64,000 nt of DNA from positions 96,001-160,000 of the forward strand of contig JAWVXD010000005.1 in assembly GCA_033723415.1 (NCBI GenBank), in the 5' to 3' direction. Positions 61,657 to 64,000 of this stretch are shown one piece after another. The notes below the pieces were generated by a model that saw nothing but the letters and a program-made list of their open reading frames with translations, ran no database searches and was not told where the DNA came from. How positions within the stretch are numbered: position 1 is the first letter of the stretch; each line of letters starts with the position of its first letter. This stretch comes from Sulfurospirillaceae bacterium. GTDB lineage: Bacteria; Campylobacterota; Campylobacteria; Campylobacterales; Sulfurospirillaceae. Both the position numbers and the translations under genes were made by a program.

Positions 61657-62997
61657 TTAATCAACTAAATCATTATTGAATTTTTCTTGATCGAAAGTCT
61701 TTCCTAAGTATTCACAAACTATCTTAACGTCTCTCTCTGCATTGCCAAGACAGCTAGTCGCACCAGGACTTGGAGTCATGTTGAAGATAATGCCGTTTCC
61801 TGAATTTATACTGGCTTCGCCTAGCATCAGTTTTTTATTTTTCTTATCCAATACTTGTGGTCTAACACCGCCAAAACCTTTAGCATATTCAATATCTGAT
61901 AGTTGCAAGCCAGGAATGATTTTTCTTGCATCTCTTAGAAAGAATTTTTTATTAAGATAAGGAACTTCAAATAAAAAGTTTCTAAATATGTAGTTTCTAA
62001 TATCTTTATCGCTTAGCAAATCAGCAAAAATTTTGGCAATATTATGGTCAAATCTCAAAGTCTTAAAGAAATCCATATAAGTACCGCCGGTATATCGTTC
62101 TAATTTCGGTAAAACCAATGCCGTAGGTCCAAATCTTGTATATCCGTTAGCCAAGATATCTGGATCACCGTGAAGTGCAGCAAATGGAAGTTTTGGATTT
62201 TGTACCATGTAAACTTTGCCGTTCAAGATTTTTTTAGTACTCAAGTAAAAACTACCTGCAACGGGCAAACAGCTGTAATCAAGACCTTCGCCCATCTGAT
62301 GAGCAAGAAATAATGAATGAGCTCCTGCATCTACCACAACAAAATCAGCTGTATATGTGTGAGTTGCCGTTTGAACTATGTGCATAGTTCCTAGTCTTTT
62401 AATATTTTTTATTTCTGCATTTAAATAAATATCTGTCTCTTTATCATCGTCTCTGATGGCATTTTCAACCAAGCTTTCCGCCATCATCCCAAAATCGACC
62501 GTACTGTATTGTCCGCCTTCTACACCAACGCCTACAATATTGTCTTTTCTCTCTTTTCCATTTTCATCATAGATAAGATTTGGCTCAATTTCTGCCAATT
62601 TTTCTTTTTCAAACACTTCTAAATAAGGAAATAATTCTTTGAAGTCTTCATATCTTTTGCGCATGTAATCTACTTCACGGTCACCTACACCTATGGCCAT
62701 CTTTTGATTTGCAAACATAAATTTATCTTCATATCCATGTTGTAAGCAATATTTTTCAACCATTTTTGCAGTTCTTTTGACTGATTTTGCTTTTTCAACG
62801 GTATAATTTGTCTCTATATCCCCGCAGTGAATAGTTTGAGAGTTACTCGTGCCCTTTGAGTTCAACTTAGCCAAACTATCGTATTTTTCGAATAATGCGA
62901 TTTTTTTAATATCTGTATATTTTGCCAATTCATAAAAAAGCGCTGCCCCTGATATCCCGCCACCTATCACTAATACTTCATAATGATTTCTCATCAT
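61657..62997 (-). CDS. mqo: malate:quinone oxidoreductase (Campylobacterota type)
   Basis: GGGISG FAD motif, NSQTIHCGDIETNY, GGVRPQ, TPSPGATSCL. Confidence 0.88.
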   Translation of the reverse strand: MMRNHYEVLVIGGGISGAALFYELAKYTDIKKIALFEKYDSLAKLNSKGTSNSQTIHCGDIETNYTVEKAKSVKRTAKMVEKYCLQHGYEDKFMFANQKMAIGVGDREVDYMRKRYEDFKELFPYLEVFEKEKLAEIEPNLIYDENGKERKDNIVGVGVEGGQYSTVDFGMMAESLVENAIRDDDKETDIYLNAEIKNIKRLGTMHIVQTATHTYTADFVVVDAGAHSLFLAHQMGEGLDYSCLPVAGSFYLSTKKILNGKVYMVQNPKLPFAALHGDPDILANGYTRFGPTALVLPKLERYTGGTYMDFFKTLRFDHNIAKIFADLLSDKDIRNYIFRNFLFEVPYLNKKFFLRDARKIIPGLQLSDIEYAKGFGGVRPQVLDKKNKKLMLGEASINSGNGIIFNMTPSPGATSCLGNAERDVKIVCEYLGKTFDQEKFNNDLVD

Positions 62998-63086
62998 TGA
63001 AAATTCCTTATATTAAATTGCTGTTAATGTTATTATATAACTTGAAAAAATATAATTAAATAATATAGTTAGTATAAAAATTAAAT

Positions 63087-63464
63087 TTATATTTTAGTCT
63101 TGAGGACAACTGCTTCGATTTCGATAAGTGCCTTCAATGGGAGCTCTTTCACTGCTATAGTTGAGCGAGCAGGTTTGTGATCACCGAAAAAATCTGCATA
63201 TATTTTATTGATTGTTGAGAAATCTTCCATATTAGCCAAAAAGATAGTTGTTTTAACTACATCTTGAAGAGAACACTGACCTTTCTTTAATATCTCACTT
63301 AAATTTGTCAAAGCCTGCTTTGTCTGTGCTTCAATGCCCTCAGCCAAAATACCTTCATTACTCATTCCAATCTGTCCTGACGTAAAGATGAAATCTTCGA
63401 TGCCGACTGCTTGAGAATATGGACCTAGTGCAGCAGGAGCTTTTTCCGTTTTGATATATTCCAT
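63087..63464 (-). CDS. ridA: RidA family enamine/imine deaminase
   Basis: APAALGPYSQA, SGQI, PARS, IEIEA. Confidence 0.92.
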   Translation of the reverse strand: MEYIKTEKAPAALGPYSQAVGIEDFIFTSGQIGMSNEGILAEGIEAQTKQALTNLSEILKKGQCSLQDVVKTTIFLANMEDFSTINKIYADFFGDHKPARSTIAVKELPLKALIEIEAVVLKTKI

Positions 63465-63475
63465 TTTTTTCCCTT

Positions 63476-64000
63476 TTAAAACTTTTTTATAACTTTATCA
63501 AATATTTTCTTTAAACTCTCTATCTCTTCTAAAGAACATCTCTCATTTAAGGCATGAATTCTGTCATTTACCACTCCAAGCTCTATCGCTTTTACACCAT
63601 ATTCTGAGAAAAATCTCGCATCACTTGTGCCGCCAGTTGTTCTTAAATTTGCCTTAATACCTGTTATTTCTTCAGAAGATTTAGCTAAAATTTTGACAAC
63701 TTTCGAGTCTCGCTTAATAATGAAAGGTTTTGATGACAATTTAAGCGAAATTTTATATTTTAACCCGTTAAATACATTGTTTATATAATTTTCTATATCT
63801 TCTTTTGAAGTTTTTGTTGAATTTCGAACGTTAAACATAAGTTTCAAATACCCTGGCGTAACATTTGTGACTTCCATTCCGCTTCTTATATCAGTTATAA
63901 CAAGCTGACTAGGTGCAAAATTCTCATCTCCTTCATCAAAATTGTGAGCACTAAGTTTCACTAGTAAAGGTGCAATTAGATTTATCGTATTGATAGATTT
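63476..64000 (-). CDS. dapE: succinyl-diaminopimelate desuccinylase, C-terminal part; runs off the window
   Basis: NVTPG, FNVR, TTGGTSDARF, ELG, IHALNE. Confidence 0.9.
   Translation of the reverse strand, partial: KSINTINLIAPLLVKLSAHNFDEGDENFAPSQLVITDIRSGMEVTNVTPGYLKLMFNVRNSTKTSKEDIENYINNVFNGLKYKISLKLSSKPFIIKRDSKVVKILAKSSEEITGIKANLRTTGGTSDARFFSEYGVKAIELGVVNDRIHALNERCSLEEIESLKKIFDKVIKKF

Overview
AT-rich bacterial chromosome segment from a free-living Campylobacterota (Epsilonproteobacteria; Sulfurospirillum/Sulfurimonas-like, judged from gene order and protein sequences). Most of it is core genome: polA (5' part), uvrA, fliN-fliO, a copZ-arsR-copA copper locus, dusB, dksA, rlmH, accD, gltBD, recO, ppsA, the long minus-strand block rplU-rpmA-obgE-proB-fmt-birA-parA-parB-atpF'FHAGDC-tolQRAB-pal-cpoB-slyD-fabD-mtnN-ttcA, then pyk, a TetR-RND efflux operon, ATP citrate lyase aclBA, mqo, ridA and dapE (3' part). 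An accessory patch at about 44.9-49.9 kb holds two duplicated small secreted proteins, AmmeMemoRadiSam protein A, and a nucleosidase-like + spore-photoproduct-lyase-like radical SAM + SDR cluster. Most notable observations: (1) a ~60-bp structured intergenic element present twice (atpH-atpA and parA-parB); the parAB copy is flanked by a 16-bp duplication of the parB RBS and forms a 26-aa ORF coupled to parB; (2) the leaderless nucleosidase/SPL-like radical SAM module; (3) an unannotated GAPOR-like aldehyde:ferredoxin oxidoreductase relic; (4) long structured leaders upstream of obgE and pyk. No rRNA, tRNA, CRISPR array or transposase was seen. All calls come from motif recognition by eye; no searches were run.
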